Of a stretch of DNA of 64,000 nucleotides, positions 35,621 to 50,602 are shown one piece after another (positions within the stretch are counted from its first letter, which is position 1; every line of letters begins with the position of its first letter). Origin of the DNA: Hypanus sabinus (lineage: Eukaryota). The stretch covers positions 25,234,001 through 25,298,000 of the forward strand of contig NC_082731.1 in assembly GCF_030144855.1 (NCBI RefSeq). The letters run 5' to 3'. The notes beneath the pieces are model-generated. The model worked only from the letters and a program-made list of their open reading frames with translations, was not told the origin of the DNA and searched no databases. The translations under genes and the position numbers were made by a program.

Positions 35621-38138
35621 GAATTCAGATACTGAAAGTTGGGTCAGAGCACAAATTTATGTAAATTTGACTAGCGTTGGGAAGATGCGTACGTTAGAAC
35701 TGGTATTCTTAGAATAGTAAAGGATTCACTGCAGATTAACCCAGCAAGTGAAAACACGAATCCACGGCACTGTTTCTGCTGTCTTGATTCTAAGAGGATT
35801 AAATTAGCTCAGTTAACGTGTTTCAGGTCCTCACTGCTCAATGTACTTGGATGATGGCTTCTTTCGCGATAATAGTTTTAGTAAATGGCCATCAGGAAAA
35901 TGATTCCCCTTTTCCAATTCATTACTCTGGATGTGACCTTGTTCTACAGCTAGGAATCGGATCAGCATTCGTTGAGTTGTGAATTTCTAGCACTTTGACT
36001 CACTGAGTATATGGGAATGCTCAGGATATCAGAGATCAAATACCTCTGCGGTTTGTTCGAGTCGGAAGGTAAAAAAAAAGCTTGTTTATAAACGGCGGTA
36101 TAATATCTGCCAATTTGATTTCAATTGTCCTTTTTCAGGAACTATTAGCGACGTTAAGAGCACTAATTGAAGCAAAACAAAATGTATTATCTGTTAGGAT
36201 CATGTTAATGATATTCCTGTGTTGGAAGGAACAGGTCGATCCGAGCTGAAAGATATATTTTTTGTTTGAATGTCGTTACGTAATTTGGCAACGGATGTTG
36301 ATAGCTTCTGATCAGGTTGAATAGGAATTGGTCTTCGTACCGGCGAGACCAAGACTCGAATCATTGTGCCACAGAAAAACACTCTGTTTATTAAATGGGG
36401 TTTTGTCACAGCTGTTTGGTACATTAACAAGTCACTATCTCAAGATGTACCTGGAAATATTACAGAATCATTTCATTTTTCCGTTCCTTCAATATGAGAG
36501 AGTTATTTCTAAAGGGGGTTCTTGAAATTTTGCACAGGATACTTGTGCAGAGCTTATCTCTTTGGATTCAGAGTCAAAATTACAGAAGCTGTATCGTACA
36601 CCGTGAATTGAAAGGTTGAGAATCATGAAGGGTAAATCTACTGGTCTTGCCACCGAGTCCTTCATGCTAAAAATGTGCAAATAAGGTAAGATCAGCCTGC
36701 TGGTAAACCGTTTTGGGGTACTAAGAAGAGCGATGATTCATTCACAGAAATGGACTGGGTATTTCAGGTTACGCGGCCGTTCGGTTGGCATTAGTCAGAG
36801 CCAGGGATGACTCTGCTTTATTTGCTGCAAACAGATTGACAATCGTTATGAGCGGGTGTTAATGTCTATGATGTATTCAAAATGATGCGACACAAGACTG
36901 AGAAGCAACCACCTTATCACTCACATATTACGTAGAATGTTGGACATGAGAAATGTTGAGTTTTGAAAAAAGTGCAACATGTAAAAAAAACTGCTGAACA
37001 TTGAAAATAAAGAGAAATTTGGCAGATTGTAGGAAACGTAGAAACGAAGTAAATGTATAGAGCGCATGCTGAAAACCAATAAAATAATAAGAAGCCCACA
37101 GGTCCATATTCGTTTGCCATAGATTTACTGAAGGTTGGACTGAAAAAGAGAACAATATATTTAAAGAAGTGTTCCCTCATAGAAGAGAAATAGACGGTTA
37201 AATTCTTCTACATCGTCGTATTTCACAGCAAATATGAAAGAAAAAAAAATGTATATTATACAGAATACATCAGGTAACCTGCCGTTTTACTGGGTCCCGC
37301 TTGATCGATATTTATCCTGCAATTTATTAAAATATTCCCCTGGACAATCTTACTTTTACCAATTTCCCTTTATTCAACATACCTTTCTTCTTTGGGTATC
37401 TGCCAGTGTTTCTTCATGCAGGAGCACGCCTGAATTACCTCCAAGCATTATCAAGAATATTTGCCATTTTCAAATAAATGAACCCATGTAAAAGCCCAGT
37501 CTACTTTGTTTTTCTTTGTTTTTGTTGCCGTGTACGCGCTGATCAGCAGTAAAATAACCGGAAGCTCTCCTTTAACATTCTCCAGATCTTATTCCGCTGG
37601 TGTCCGACAATCCGCCTCTGCAGCTCATTTATGATTGTGACATCGTCAACGTCAGCTTAGAATATACAAGGTATATTGGTGCTTAAAATTCTGCTTTTCT
37701 TTCCAGAGCGACACAAGTATACTGTCTCCAGAGAAATAACTATGAGTTCAAATTTCAAATTGCAGAGTGAACTTTATTATCAAAGTACATACGTACTCAG
37801 CAAAATCTACAGTATAGCACCTCTCACAGAGTCAATAAAATAATAATATGGAATTCAGATATCAAACTGTGCAAAAGTAAATATAAAATACTGACTAATA
37901 AGGATAGCATGAGATAACAGGATTAAAGGTCGTAATTGCCTGTTGCTGGCACTCAATAAACGAGCAGGTGATTGTCGACATCCCCTATGTTGCAAAGCTG
38001 CTACCTGTGGGGTAGTAACTGCACTTGAGCCTTGTGGTGCAAATCCTCAGGTTGACATCTTCTACCAGATGTTACAGGCGACAACAACGTTAGGTGTCGC
38101 TAGAGGGTGGTTTTCCAAATAAAACGATTCATGTCAAT

Positions 38139-39083
38139 TGGTACGAGTGATAAATAGACCTGATGGAAAATGAGGTACAGAGTTAACCATCCCCTCCCGA
38201 GAAACACGAACTATTACTGTTGCTATGCTGACCATGAGAAAGAGAGACGGAAAAAAAAGCAAGAACATCGGCGACAGATAAGAGAGAGGGTGAAATTGCC
38301 GATAAACCGTATTGTGACTCCTTTTTGAATTATTTACAGTTTTGCTGCAAGGACAATAGTTTGCTCGTAAACATTCCCCAGTGGACTGAAGGATTGGCCT
38401 TATTTGATGGACACAGTCATTCAGGAGTTATGGATAGTTGAGTCCCCGTGAGTAGGGATAAAAGACAGGTCTGGAGAGACACCCTCCAGACTCGCCAGTG
38501 GACACTGATTGAGCGTTGGAACCCACAAGAAAGCTGGGGGCTCGGAAGACCGAACCAGGAGGTCGGTCATTAAGGCTATTAGTGTTAAAGCAGGGCCGGT
38601 GGGGACTTGTGTGCGTGTCCACTCATGTCAGAGTGACGAGTCCACCACAGAAGAACGGTCTAGCAGAAGGACGGAAAGGTCATAACTGAATGACCACACC
38701 GATAAGAAGGAGTAAGGAAGCAAAGGAACGTTTGCCTGATTGTAGCTGTTACATCTCGCTCGCTCTCTCTCGCTCTTTCTCTGTCTCCAACGATTACAAG
38801 ACAACAACAATAACTACATCAGCTCTCATGAACTGAACTGAACTTTAAACTTTTCTATGACAATTTATTTAACCCTAGACATCGATAGAGCTTGCTTGTT
38901 ATTGATTATTATGATTCCTACACTTTTTGGTTTATTACTGCTAACTGGTTTTATATGTATATTTGCATTATTGATATGGGTTTGCTTATTTTTATTGATA
39001 AACACCTTTAGTATAGTACCACCAGACTCCAACGAATTCTTCTTTCTATGCTGGTTAGACACCCAGTCACTGGGTAGGTAACA
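38139..39083 (+). repeat. 5' LTR
   Basis: TGGTACGAG...GGTAACA; aligns with 42513-43597; followed by TGAGGCCTCGTCTCGAGAT, a degenerate form of PBS-Pro TGGGGGCTCGTCCGGGAT. Confidence 0.88.
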
Positions 39084-42000
39084 AATTGAGGCCTCGTCTC
39101 GAGATTTGACTAACAAATTAGGGGGCAGTGAATCGGGATAAAAGTCCCTTATCTGATCTGGTTGAGAGATCAACCGGACGGGAAACCAGCAGAGAAGGAC
39201 ATTGTAATTTTTTAAAAGACAAGACAGCGGGGGCATTAGAGGTTGCCAGGGAGGCTAAATTGGTGAATGTTGCGAAACGATTAGATCTCCCAGAGGTGAA
39301 ATCGCCGATGTTAAAGGTGGATATTCAGAGATAAATTGCTATGCATTATGTATGCAAGGGTGTGTTCACACCAGATGAATTGAACCTGATCCCTGAGAGG
39401 AAACCAGCCGAGGGGGAGGTTCAGTTAGAGGCAGAAAAATTAAATTTGGCTGAGAAAGAGAAAGAGAGTCTGCATGAACTTCAGATGCGGCAGCTGGAAA
39501 GAGAGGAGGAAGAAAGGAAAGGCGAAAGGAGGAGAGAGGAGGAAGAAACGAAGGCTGAAAGGGATGCTGAAAAGAGGAAAGAGTCGGCTGAAAGACAGAT
39601 GGAGAAAAGGGGGAAAGAGAGGCAGCATGCGCTGGAAGCAGAAAGGTTAAAGGTACAGCAGCGAAGAGACCGGGCGGCAGACTCAAATGAGGGCTTCAAG
39701 ATTAGTCGGGGGATCCATTTGGTACCTCCATTGGAGGAGTTGGATGTCAATGAGTTCTTCTTCCATTTTGAGAAAGTGGTTGTGAATCAGAAATGGCCAG
39801 AGAGAAAATGGGCTGTTCTAGTTCAGAGCGTACTCAGGGGGAAGGCTCAGCAAGCGTATTCTGCGGTGTCCATTGATGAGTCTAAGGCTTATGAGGAAGT
39901 TAAAAGGGCTGTACTGAGGAGTTACGAGTTGGTGCCAGAGGCATACTGGCAGACGTTCCGGAATTTGAAGAAGCCCTGGAACCACACGTATTTAGAGTTT
40001 GCTCGTGAGAGAGAGAGATGTGTTTTGAGCGTTGGTGCGCCTCAAAAGAGGTTATTAGAAATTATGATAAACTGGTGCAGTTAATGTTGATGGAGCAGTT
40101 CAAAAGTTGTATTCTTGAGAGTATGAAGAGGTACTTGGATGAGAAGGAGACAGAGACTCTGTCTGCGACTGGCAAGTTGGCAGACGAGTACGCCTTATCC
40201 CACAAGTCAACGTTTTCCTCAATAATAGTTACCAGAAAGGCAGTAGGGACGGTAGAGAAAGCCCACCGGCAAAGGCCGAGAATAAGCCAGGAGCTAGTGG
40301 AAACGGTGAGGAGGAGGAGGAAAAGCAGGCTGACAGAAAGGTTCCTAGCTTTACCTGTTATAGTTTTGGGAAAGCTGGTCATATAGCATCTAAGTGTTTT
40401 GCTCCGAAGAATGAGACAGGAAAAGGGAAAACGGCAGTCCCGACAGGTTGTATTGATTTTGTCAGTAGATCGATGGGGAAGGCAAAGGTAGATAGAGCCC
40501 AAGAGGGGCGTGAGAAATTTATTTCTGAAGGAACGGTGTATGTGAAAGAAGGAGAAACCCCAGTTCCAGTGAGGATCTGGAGAGATACTGGGGCTGACCA
40601 GTCATTGATCCTAAGGAAACTGCTAGATTTCGGTCCTGAAGCTGGATAGGTTGTGTTAAGAGACATACGAAAAGCTGTACCTTTAACAGGATCATTTTAA
40701 AATGTGACCTGGTATCTTGACCAGTCGAAATAAGGGTGCGGTCAGAATTACCGACGGACAGCGTGGACGTCCTTCTTGGTAACGATTAAGCAGGTGGTGA
40801 CGTGTGTGCAGCTGTGAAATTAACAAACAAGCCTGTGAGTGCTGAGGACCAGCGCATAGATTCCAAGGTTTATCCCACATGCGCAATCAGTCGCAGCATG
40901 TCGAGATAGGCGGCTGAGAAAGAAGCCACTTTAAATGAGTCCAGTGTTGATTTGGCTGAGACGTTTTTACCAACCCAGTACCAAGAGGGGTTAGCGGATG
41001 GTAAAGCGGAGCATAGGGTGAAAGAGGGTAAAGGAGAGGAGGTAGACTTACCTTTAGCAAGGAGGGAATTTATAAAGGCACAGAGTAAAGAGGAGAAACA
41101 GATATGGCAGTTAGAAGGTCCAGGGTTGGATACGGATGATGTAAGGGCTGTCCTAGATGAAAAGGATGCCGCTACCTTGACGGCGTCTGCTGGGTTAGCA
41201 GACGAAATTGTTTTAACCCGCAAGGTTGAGTTTAGTTGAAAGGGGATTGGCCCATAGAGTAACTGGGACGATCGGGGGAGCTTAGAATTTGAAATTGGGA
41301 CTGTTATTGAAAGCCTGGATGAGGTAGATGTCCCGTTTGAGTGTGCTCAGGGTGTGAAGGGTGAGGAGCCTCAGGGTACTGAACCTAGCATTGAAACTCA
41401 GGAAAAGTCTGAGGTGTCTGATTTAGTTGAAGAGGGATGTAGTTCTTTTGGGCCAGATGGACTTGGTTCAGTGAAGAAAGGATTAAACATGGTACCAGTC
41501 GAAAGTGAGAATTTTCAGTGTTTTGTGTTAGAAGGTGTGTCAAAAGTTAATGATTAAATGAAAGCTGGTGATGTGAGTATTAATGAAGGAGAAGGGAAAA
41601 GTGTTGTTCCTGAATTGAATAAAGAAAATTTAAGATCTAAATTGGTTTTAGAAGCATTGGCAAAAGGGACGGGACAGTTAACTGAACAATGGCTTGTTAA
41701 CAACTTTCCTGTGAATCAATTACAGTTTGTTTGGAAATTTAAAGGTAAACAACTTGGTGAATTTGTTCAAGTATGTGATTTGGAGAGGCAGAACTTGAAA
41801 TGTTGTTTTGACCAAGAGGGATCATCTGCCGTTGTTAAACGGAAAACAAATAGAATGAAAGATCCTGAAAATAAATTTAATGACTTGCTTAACATTATCG
41901 AATTGTGTGGAAGTTCAGCAAATGAGCTTAGTTTGGAAAACATTGCTGATAAGATATCTTCTGTGAAAGGAGTCTGTGATGGCCTATTCCACACTGGTGA

Positions 42001-42512
42001 GCAAGCTAACCACGTTAGAGTTAAATGGAAAACGAACAAAGATTGACCAAATGACGCTTTAAATAACAGGATCTGGTTTTGTGGGAATTCGACAAAGCAG
42101 GTGAAAGATAAAAACAAAATGGAAGGTTGAATGTTAAGTTTAAAAGTAAAATAAAGATTAGTATTTGCACATACTTTTATAATGTACAGCAGTATAATTA
42201 CAGATGTATTGGTTTACACTTTTTAATAGACACCTAAGCTGCGAGCACAATACTTTAGCATTTTTTTGCTAACATGAAATATTAATCGGTTTTTAAGTTG
42301 GAGTCTGTTGTTGCAGGAATTTGATATTAAAATACAACATATTAAAGGGAGTGCCAATGTAATTGCTGATTGTTTATCTAGACGTTAATTTGAACGTGTA
42401 TCTGTATTGTTCAGTAGTTAAGACAACTACTCTTTTTGTTAAACTCTGTAATTTAGTCATGTGCTTTATTAGTTAATTTTCAAACTGGTGAAGATTCCCA
42501 GAAGGATGCTGG

Positions 42513-43597
42513 TGTTATGAGTGATGAATAGACCTGATGGAAAATGGGGTACAGAGTTAACCATCCCCTCCTGAGAAACACGAACTATTACTGTTGCTAT
42601 GCTGACCATGAGAAAGATAGACGGAAAAACAAGCAAGAACATCGGCGACAGATAAGAGAGAGGGGTAATTGCTGATTAACCATATTGTGACTCCGTTTTG
42701 AATTATTTACTGTTTTGCTGCAAGGACAATAGTTTGCTCATAAACATTCCTCAGTGGACTGAAGGAGTGGCCTTATTTGATGGACACAGTCATTCAGGAG
42801 TAATAGATAGCTGAGTCCCCGTGAGTAGGGAATAAAGACAGGTCTGGAGAGACACACTCCAGACACGCCAGTGGATACTGATTGAGTGTTGGAACCCACA
42901 GGAAAGGTGGGGGTTTCGAAGACCGAACCAGGAGGTCGGTCATTTAGGCTATTAGTGTCAAAGCAGGGCTGGTGGGGACGTGTGTGTGTCCACTCATGCC
43001 AGAGTGACGAATCAACCACAGAAGAACGGTTTAGCAGAAGGATGGAGAGGTCATAACTGAATGACCACAGCGATACGACGGATTAGGAAAGCAAAGGGAG
43101 GTTTGCCTGATTGTAGGNNNNNNNNNNNNNNNNNNNNNNNNNNNNNNNNNNNNNNNNNNNNNNNNNNNNNNNNNNNNNNNNNNNNNNNNNNNNNNNNNNN
43201 NNNNNNNNNNNNNNNNNNNNNNNNNNNNNNNNNNNNNNNNNNNNNNNNNNNNNNNNNNNNNNNNNNNNNNNNNNNNNNNNNNNNNNNNNNNNNNNNNNNN
43301 NNNNNNNNNNNNNNNNCCACTATGACAGCATCAGCACTCATGAATTGAACTGAACTTTATACTCTTCTATGACAACTTATTTACCCCTAGACATCAATAG
43401 AACTTGTTTATTATTGATTATTATTTCTCCTACACTTTTAGGTTTATTACTGCTAACTGGTTTTATATGTATATTTGCATTATTGATATGGTTCTACATA
43501 TTTTTTTATTAATAAACACCTTTAGTATAGTACCACCAGTCTCCAACGAATTCTTCTTTCTCTGCTGGTTATACACCCAGTTACGGGGTACGTAACA
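42513..43597 (+). repeat. 3' LTR (contains an N-gap)
   Basis: TGTTATGAG...CGTAACA; N-run at 43118-43316 inside it. Confidence 0.85.
43118..43316. other. Assembly gap
   Basis: N-run. Confidence 1.
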
Positions 43598-46500
43598 CGA
43601 TGTGCTCAATGTTTGGAAGGGCTTTACCCATGATATACTGGGCATAATCCATCACCTTTTGTAGGATTTTCCGTTCAATGGTCTTGCTGTTTCCATACTA
43701 GGCCGTGATGTAGATTGTCTATACAATTTCCTCTCTACATCTGTAGTAGATAGAATGTAAGCATTTAGGAATGGCGGTTTTCCTGTTAGATAATATTGAC
43801 AAAAGCTAGAATAGCTTAACGATTTTTAAACACAACTCAGTGACAATGGTGTATACCATACTGCAATTACTTCGTCCAGATACTGTGATACAGAGCAGGA
43901 GGAGATCGGTACAAAGAGATCTGTGAAACGGATTACAGTCACGAGGACAGTATCAGTAGACAAAAATCTATAACAAATAACGCAAATAATGTGAATACAA
44001 GGAAGCTGGCGAGCAAGACAGTTAGAACAAGAGATTACCAGCAACGCAGTCGATATAGAGTTGAAGATTTCCATGGTCATCTCGTACCTGCAGCCACTAG
44101 CCTCTGAGAGAAGTCGCTGCTCATGTGTGAATTCATGTCGGAATCTTCTCGCTTCCGAATGTGTCTGTCCGAAAATCCATGACAATGTTTCCGATAGCCG
44201 GGAATTTAAAAATCGATGCACGTCCGTGAGCTCATTGAAGCTCCATTGGTTAATAAGCAATAATATGCTCCCTGATACTACAGCTGCGTTACGCTCAAAT
44301 AACTGAATTAAACGTAACCCCTTATAATTGTTGCAGAAGAACGATTACAGAGGGAAAACCCGTTCGTAAAAATGCGTTATGCATAGCTTTGGAGTGCAGA
44401 GATAAAAAAGGGCCAAGATCCCAATTTCATGGCCTGAGGAGCTGGCTGCTACTGGATTCATAAAGTACTAAATACAACTAATGAACATAATAGTTTTTTT
44501 TCCACCTAGTGTATACCAACATTTCGCCACGAGTTGTTCACTCTTCCGGGATACAACATCGAAGCAGAGGAGGTGAACAGAAAAATACATTCATCCTGCT
44601 TCGAAAATGCTGTCGTGTTCATGCATAGAGATGTAAGAACACTATGTATTATGTAAATTTGTTTACAGGTGTTCGTTTCGGAAAGGAGTTCACGCAACGA
44701 ATTACAGGTTGAGAAAGTAACCGCATTTATGTTCTGGTTTGTGTACCTCAAGAGTCTAGAAACTATAGAAACCTCTCCTTTGAAACTCAGGTGAATAGTA
44801 CTTTGAATATTTTTAATGTAATGTTACAAATAATCCTGAAATGTAAAGGGTGAACATTACCTAGGAAATGGGAATGGATAATTAAGATCTGGTTCAGCTG
44901 ACACTAACGCCGAGAGGAGCGGGTTCAACGAATTTATTGTTCGAATTCATTACAGCATTCATAATACGCAATTTTGCCGTAATCTCCCATTCTAAGCCTG
45001 CGACTACCTGGACAAGGCACACTTAAAACCCTTTTGTGACATGGAGCACTAACATCCATCAAGGCGTCTGTGAACCACCGGTTGGGAAATCCTGATGTAG
45101 GTGGATTCCAATGTCCATGTTTTATCATCCTCAACCACCATCTCTCGCAGTAGCTTCGAGGCATAGCAGGTAATTGACGTTAAAGTCGATTTTCAAAGAT
45201 TTTTTCTAAGTTTTGTGTTTTGATTGGCTACTCGACATGCAGCTCTTCCATTACCAAAACCTCATTATGATGTTGTCGATTGCATCTGTCTAGTGCACTA
45301 GCCTCAAGAGTCGAGATACGAAACCACAGTTCTACCAAGGTCACCAAATGTGAAGGATGTCCGTATGAGGTAATCACTTGGATCGATGTTTTAAGGTTAT
45401 TCAGGAACTGCAACGTGAAAGGGTTGTTTCTTTGCTCTTTGAAGCCGCTTCTACGGTGCTGGTTACTGTTTGTATTCTTTTACAAATATTTCTATCACCC
45501 TTTGGTTTTCCTGCTTGCTATGGCATCTTATGTTCGGGTCCTGCCGACACGGGGGTATATGAGTAGTACCTGCAAGAAACTCGCTTGTTTTCCTTTCTCT
45601 CCCTTGGTTCATCATCACACAGAGGTCGCGAATAGTGTGGAAGGGGCATTCGAAATTTTTACTCTGGATATAGGAGGGCCCATATGCACACTTATCTAAC
45701 AGTATGTTGAATGTTTAGATTTTTAGTTGTTGTACCCGATGACACTTTGTGAAGTACACGTTGAGTTTATAGAGGAGCTGATTATTAAGTGTCGAAGTGT
45801 GTTCAACACAGGTTGATTTATGTGTTTGGTAGAGTATTTTACACTTTGTCTAAAATAAATGTTCAAACTACTTATTCGAAACACGTCTCTTCTTCGAAAC
45901 TGAACAAATTCTTGGGCATGCTTCTTCTTGAAACTGGAATGTGTTGCATCCTCTCAGTTACCCTGTAGTCTGACTTGTCGTACACATTTATCGTATTTCA
46001 GACAGAGAAAATTAATGTCAACGAAGTACTTTATTGACAAAAGACCTCAAGGGATGCTTTATATTCTGGAATTTCAAAGTAACATAGGCAAACAGAATTG
46101 GAAACTCAGTCGCTTAGACAGCATCGATGGAGAAGAATAAACGGTTGACATTTTGAACCGGAAAGTTCCACTCAGCGCGGAAGGGAAGGACAAATAATTG
46201 AGATAATAAGGTGTGTGAAGGGAAGACGTGCAATGTGGGAGGTGAAATTTTAAACGAGGAAAAGAGGAAGGATATTTTGAGGCTAGGAAAAGTAAGTGAG
46301 CAGCTGTTAAGTGAAAAGTGAAAAACGAAAACAGCAGCAGACAAAGTAATCTAATAGGAGATGCCAATGGACCATGCGAGTAAGGCGACGCGCCGGATCA
46401 CAAGAGGGCGGCAATGAGCAAGTGAAGAGAAGAGAAGGTGTAAGAGTAGAGTCAGACTGCTGAATAGAATAAATAGACAAGTAGTAGAATGAAGAAATAT

Positions 46501-46649
46501 GAAACCTAAGTTCATGGCATCAGCATAGAAGTAACATCGGCATCATATCAGTCGTTGCAGCTACAGACTAGCAGTGCCCTGAACTTGATCACAGAGATGC
46601 TAAGAACTGGAAACAATGCGATTTTTTTTTTTTTTATGTGTGGGAAACA

Positions 46650-48295
46650 AGTAAGGAAATTATGGAACCAATGACTATTAAAGAGGTGGAAGTACTGGCG
46701 CTTTTATGAAATTTAAATGTGGATAAATCTCTGGATCCTGACAGGATATTCCCCAGGACCTTGAGGGAAGTTTGTGTAGAAATAGCAGGAGCTCTGACGG
46801 AGATCTTTAAGATGTCGTTAGAAACGGGGATCGTGCCGGAGGATTGGCGTATTGCTCATGTGGTTCCATTGTTTAAAAAGAGTTCTAGAAGTAAGCCTAG
46901 CAATTATAGACCTGTCGGTTTACATCAGTGGTGGGTAAATTAATGGAAAGTATTCTTAGAGATAGTATTAATAATTATCTGGAAGACAGGATCTAAATAG
47001 GAGAAGCCAGCATGGATTTGTGCGTGGAAGGTCATGTTTGACAAACCTTATTGAATTCTTTGCAGAAGTTACGAGGAATGTTGACGAGGGTAAGGCAGTG
47101 GACATAGTCTATATGGACTTCAGCAAAGCCTTTGACAAAGTTCCACATGGAAGGTTAGTTAAGAAGGATCAGTCGTTAGTTATTGATGCAGGAGTAATAA
47201 AATGGATTCCACAGTGGCTAGATGGGAGATGCCGGAGAGTAGTGGTGGATAATTGTATATCGGGATGTACGTCGGTGACTAGCGGGGTGCCTCAGGGATC
47301 TGTTTTGGGCCCAATGTTGTTTGTAATATACATAAATGATCTGGATGATGGGGTGGTAAATTGGATTAGTAAGTATGCCGATGATACTAAGGTAGGAGGT
47401 ATTGTGGATAATGAGGTGGGTTTTCAAAGCTTGCACGGAGATTTATGCCGGTTAGAAGAATGGGCTGAACGTTGGCAGATGGAGTTTAATGCTGAGAAGT
47501 GTGAGGTTCTACATTATGGCAGGAATAACCCAAATAGAACTTACAGCGTAAATGGTAGGGCATTGAGGAATGCAGAGGAACAGAGAGATATAGGAATAAC
47601 AGTGCATAGTTCCCTGAAGGTGGAGACTCATGTAGATAGGGTGGTGAAGAAGGCTTTTGGAACGCTGGCCTTTATAAATCAAAGCATTGAGTACAGAAGT
47701 TGGAATGTAATGTTAAACTTGTACAAGGCATTGGTAAGGCCAAATTTAGATTATTGTGTGCAGTTCTGGTCACCGAATTATAGGAAATATATCAATAAAT
47801 TAGAGAGAGTGCAGAGACGATTTACTAGGATGTTACGTGGGTTTCAGCAGGGAAGTTACAGAGAAATGTCGAACAAGTTAGGTTTCTATTCATTGGAGCG
47901 TAGAAGGTTGAGGGGGGATTTGATCGAGGTATTTAAAATTTTGAGAGGGATAGATAGAGTTGACGTGAATAGGCTGTTTCCATTGAGAGTAGGGGAGATT
48001 AAAACGAGAGGACATGAGTTAAGAGTTAGGGGGCAAAAGTTTAAGGGAAACACGAGTGGGTATTTCTTTACTCAGAGAGTGATAGCTGTGTGGAATGTGC
48101 TTCCTGTAGAAGTAGTAGAGGCCAGTTCAGTTGTGTCATTTAAGGTAAAATTAGATAGGTATATGGACAGGAAAGGAGTGGAGGGTTATGGGCTGAGTGC
48201 GGGTAGGTGGGACTAGGTGAGATTTAGAGTTTGGCGTGGACTAGAAGGGTCGAGATGGCCTGTTTCCGTGCTGTGATTGTTATATGGTTATATGT
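46650..48295 (+). mobile_element. 5'-truncated CR1 LINE, relatively young
   Basis: 398-aa ORF 47020-48216 with YMDFSKAFDKV, VPQGSVLGP and KYADDTKVGG; 3' tail GTTATATGGTTATATG. Confidence 0.93.
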
Positions 48296-48299
48296 CTGA

Positions 48300-49260
48300 T
48301 AACTGCCCTTTCGCGATTTCCCTGTCTCCATCCCTGCAGAATATTCTTCACAGACGTCTTTTGTAAACATACTAGACTGGCAGCTGACTTACCTGTACAT
48401 TTCCTACGTTGTCGCTGATAAAAATGATACTCTCTTTACTGAGTTCATCGAAATCTGTTCTACACATGACACTTTCCATTGCAGAACAGCACAGCTGTTC
48501 TGTGTCTTCAAATGAAGAGTTTCTGTACCTCTGCCAATGACTTCGTATGAATTTCATCTCATCGATTTGCCTGACCCTCACCCTCACAGAACTGGATGAT
48601 CGCGGACGGAGCGTAGATACTCAGTGAAGCCGTTTCACAATTCACGTCAGGAAACCACTGAAATACCGGAGGCCACACCAGGAGATAATGAACTGTACAT
48701 ATTTACAGTTGGTATCGGCCGGTAGACACCCATTTTAATTCTACTTCTCACTTTCATTCTGATATATACATACCAGGCCTCCTCCTTTTTGTCGCGATAA
48801 GGCCACAATTAAATTGAAGAAACAGGACCTTATATTCGGTTTAATTACTCTCCAACCTGACGCCAAATACATCGGCTTCTCAAACTTCCAATAATGCCTC
48901 CAACGCCACCAGCACTTCACCATTTCTGATCACATTTCCCCGTTCTCTTCTGATTTCTTTTACCGCACATCACCTCCCTCTGGAATTCCTGCCCGACCCT
49001 CATCTTTTTCTTTCTTAAAGAGTCTTTTGTCTCTTTAAACAAATAACTTAGGAGCACATTGCTTCAAACTTTTCCCTCAAAGTACCGCCTATTTCCCTAT
49101 GTTTCTTTATCTCCAACCCTTCACCTTTAAAGTCTATTCTCTGACATTCTTCTTCAGTCTTGCAGAAGGGGTTCGGTATGAAACGTTGACGATGATTTTT
49201 TTTTTGCAATTGATGCTGCCTGGCCTGTTGAGATCTTCCGGGATTTTGTATGACTAACCT
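48300..49260 (+). mobile_element. Penelope-like element relic (3' part)
   Basis: Degenerate GIY-YIG-region sequence and terminal motif GATGCTGCCTGGCCTGTTGAG typical of elasmobranch Penelope ends. Confidence 0.5.
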
Positions 49261-50602
49261 CATTGTGTCTCTAAATTGCACCGGCAAACAAATAATTGCT
49301 GATGGACTTCTGGTGTTTTCGCTTGAACATGAGCTCGTTGCTGTGACAGTACTCAACCACAGTTTCAACCATTCTCCTATAAATGCAGATTCGTAAGCAC
49401 AATTAATATGACAAAAATAGTTGTTTCTTCAGCGGTCTTAAATACGACATTATCAAAACTCTTCGCAATGCAAACATTATCGCCTTTATTGTTGGCAAAG
49501 CAACAAACCAAACGCACAGACTTGTGGTGCACTGCTACGAATGGTGCGTGTGAAAGCGTTTCTGGTACAAATCTGCACTTGAGTATATCGACATTTTAGA
49601 TGCACAGAATTGCATGGAGGTACAGTATTTGGAGGTTTGTGACGAAGTTCAAGAAGATGCTAATTTAGAATCGACTCTGCTATTCAATGATGGAGAATAA
49701 CATCAATCAGTTGAGAATTACTTCTTATGGAAAGGTATTTCTGAGAGAGTCTGTAAAGAGAGAAAAGAAAACTCTCTGCATGTTGCACTTTTGGCAACTT
49801 GAAGCAAGTGACTCATCTATAAAGTAACACAATATATTCCCCGATTTCGCCGTACGTACGTAACCATGCGCATTCCAATAGAGCGGAGTACATTGTATTG
49901 TGAGGCTGAGCGGAGAAATATATCAAGGTAGTGCGAATCGTCAGTTCGGCATTCAAGGTAGTAAAACGAAATATAGCAGACTGTCGATATTTGACGTTGC
50001 TGTCTCTGATTACGCTCTTTCCAATAACGCGATTCAGATAGAGCAGAATGTGTCTGTCTCCACTAGAAGTCAACTGGGTTTGCAGTGTCGGCTTTCAATG
50101 GGCTAGCATGATAAGTTTTCACGCTTCATAGAAACATTTTATGTTCCGAAACATAAAAAATATAAACTTTAACCATCGATATCACTATGCCGAGGATATG
50201 AATCTCAAGCCATCCATATTGTTCTATCAGTTATGGGCCTTACATAATTCAAAAATGTATACTGCTTGATTAAGTGGAATTCCTCAGCACATGTGAGATA
50301 CAACAAGAGGAGTGGGTTAGCCTGTTTCACATTATTCTCACTCCAATAATTCAGCATTCTACACGTTGACCCCTACATCAATAACTCTGTGGATGTCGAA
50401 ACCCTAAGTTGACACACGTGCTCAAGTATCCAGAGCTCATTATTCTGCTGCTCACCAATCAATGCAATCCAGGGACCGGAGAATGCAAGTCACGTCAGAA
50501 AGAATGATGAACCATCTCCAAAATGGGGTGGAACGGCCGCATGATTAAGTGGATAAGTAATGCCATTTGCATTGCGGTCACTTTGAAGTAAGGAAGGGAA
50601 AT

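Larger units (their letters stand above)
38139..43597 (+). mobile_element. Non-autonomous Gmr1-type Gypsy LTR retrotransposon
   Basis: Two LTRs of about 0.95-1.1 kb; degenerate tRNA-Pro PBS; SCAN-like gag (39341-40084); broken CCHC (CYSFGKAGHIASKC); protease RDTGADQSL; pol ends in the RNase H tail WSLLLQEFDIKIQHIKGSANVIADCLSR just before the 3' LTR. Confidence 0.88.
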
